A DNA stretch of 64,000 nucleotides from Tricharina praecox (Eukaryota): assembly GCF_024521635.1 (NCBI RefSeq), contig NW_026250403.1:1-64000 (forward strand), read 5' to 3'. Shown piece after piece: positions 62,101 through 64,000 of the stretch (the stretch's first letter is position 1; each line of letters opens with the position of its first letter). The notes beneath the pieces are model-generated. The model was given only the letters and a program-made list of their open reading frames with translations, had not been told where the DNA came from and ran no database searches. A program made the position numbers and the translations under genes.

Positions 62101-63636
62101 CTTGGCAGCAATGCACAGTGATGGCTGGAGATTGGAGCCGAGCAAACGGCTCCATGTACCGGTATGTATGCCCGCCTCCCCTCCCATCTCATCCGCGAAT
62201 CGAACCAACTCGAAGGTTCATCCCCTGCAGCCGAGCCGAGCAAACACCTACATACTGAGGGAGCGCTGGGATTGAGGCGGCTTGGTGATGCCGGGAGCGG
62301 CGGAGTGGAGGGACCTTGAGTTGATGGCGCGTGTTCACTGTTGGCAGGAGAGACCGCGGAGGGACCTCGGTAGATAGCGTTTTGGCGGTGTGGCCGCATT
62401 GGACCCGATGCGGTCGGCCAAACGTTGGCTTGTTTTTCTATCGTTTCTATTCTGTTCTTGTCTTGTTCATCCTGTTCGTTCTGTTCATCGTCTTCGTCGT
62501 CATCATCATCGCCATAGACCACCCACACGATCGATCAACCTTTTTGTCCAATCCCGTTCTTGGGTCTCCCAATTACCAACCTATGCCCGCCTCCCCGCCT
62601 CCGCTCCCACCCGTCCGCGCACCGATCGAATTCGAAGCTTCATCTCCCCCCTCCCATCCCATCCCCTCTACTGCACGTCGAGGAGTTGCTTCACCGTACA
62701 TACAGCACCGTCGAGCAGCTTGTGCAGGTACAAACCCCCTTGGGCCTTCACACGCCCTTTGCATGCATACATGCACGCATAGTTACAGGCATCTCGTGTG
62801 TGTCGGCGCCACGCAAGTTCCAACCGGCGAATTCCCGGCTTGGCGCAGCGGCGAGTGGTGGCTGTGGGTGGCAGCCGATGGGGCTAACCCGCTTGCGGTC
62901 CAGGCTGCAGATCGATCCTTGGCATGGGGGATCACCCGTCGAGGGATGTGCAAGCGAGTGGATTTTTCCCGGGTATGGTTTTGTTTGTTTCCAGCGGCGG
63001 CGGTGGGGGAGGTGGTGGAGGCAGTGGCCTGCTGGAAACGTACTCGACGTACATACATGCGAGGCTTGCGATGCTCTGCACTCATCAGCAGACGTGGTCG
63101 TTTCCGAAGTCGGCGTGGAGCGGGAGGAGGAGAGGAGCAGGAGGAGATGGGGAGTGGTGGTTCGTGCGGGGGATCGCATCGCGTGACCGTGGGGTCGCTG
63201 CATGCGGAAAGTCCAGACGACATGCGGGCCCCACTAGGCAGTGGGATGGCCAAGTACATCTGTACGGTATTCTCACACCACACATACGCACACCCCACAT
63301 ACACATACACACATATCTACACATACACACATATCTACACATAGACATACACACGCACGGATACAGAACAGAAAGAGGGAGAGAGAGACCGCGGCGGCGG
63401 ACAGCTCCCATGGCTATCCCGGCTGCACGCGGCTGCCGGTGCCGAATCACCGTGCTCGTATATGCTCGCCGCGCTGTGTGCTATGGGACATACGGTAGAT
63501 ACGGTACTCGACGTCGAAACCCGCTTCGATGTGGCGCAAGGTGGAAGGTGGAAGCTCGTGGAGAGCTAGGTACTCTGCGTATACCAAGCTTTGTTCGGCA
63601 GGCAGCAGGCAGACGACCAACCAGACGCAATGTCGC

Positions 63637-63705
63637 AGGCAGCCAGACGAAGGCAGCCAGACGAAGGCAGCCAGACGAAGGCAGCCAGACGAGGGCAGCC
63701 AGACG
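63637..63705 (+). repeat. 14-bp minisatellite AGGCAGCCAGACGA (5 copies)
   Basis: Near-perfect tandem units at 63637, 63651, 63665, 63679 and 63693. Confidence 0.9.
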
Positions 63706-64000
63706 TTGGGGAGGGGAGGATCATAAGTATCATATATGGCAGCTCGATACAGCATGGCGTTCGCTCATCTTTCTGCTTCTACAGCTCCCCTCCTCCTGCT
63801 CATCGCTCATTGCTCAGTGCTCACTCTCCCCACTACTAGGTACGGACAGCTCAATCGATCCATCCTCCTTCCCCTCCTCTTCTTCCTTCTCCTCCTCCTA
63901 CCTCATCCCACCTCCTCCTACCTCCTTGCATCGTCGGATCCGTTCGGCGTATGTAATGTTTACCGGAAAGTGATCGGGTCGAGCTCGGCCACTAAGCTTA

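Noticed and set aside
62331-63973. Two long plus-strand ORFs (337 and 349 aa)
   Set aside because: They run through microsatellites and a 14-bp array, show no domain or consistent codon bias, and start with GTG/TGG-adjacent non-ATG codons. They are probably chance ORFs in GC-rich DNA.

Overview
This is eukaryotic DNA from a filamentous ascomycete, with short GT-AG introns, CTRAC branch points and GC-rich exons. Most entries in the supplied ORF track are exon fragments or antisense shadows, so I rebuilt the spliced gene models by hand. From left to right the window holds: a truncated zinc-finger ORF; a CBM1-GH6 cellobiohydrolase; a compact four-gene cluster that probably catabolises ureides or other nitrogen compounds; a LaeA-like methyltransferase; an orphan gene; a ~4.2 kb decayed pseudogene; a PAP2 lipid phosphatase; a DDX60-like Ski2 helicase; a cytochrome P450; a small secreted Cys-rich protein with Kex2 sites; a divergent qutD/qutH-like pair whose shared promoter carries QA-1F-like 16-mers; a RING/ZZ/SH3-like protein; and ~9.4 kb of repeat-rich DNA with no recognisable gene. 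The four-gene cluster is the most notable candidate system. It comprises an NmrA-like protein, a Zn2Cys6 transcription factor with a GC-AG intron, a triuret/biuret-hydrolase-like cysteine hydrolase fused to an allophanate-hydrolase-type amidase, and an NCS1 permease. All family assignments come from recognising motifs by eye; no database search was run.
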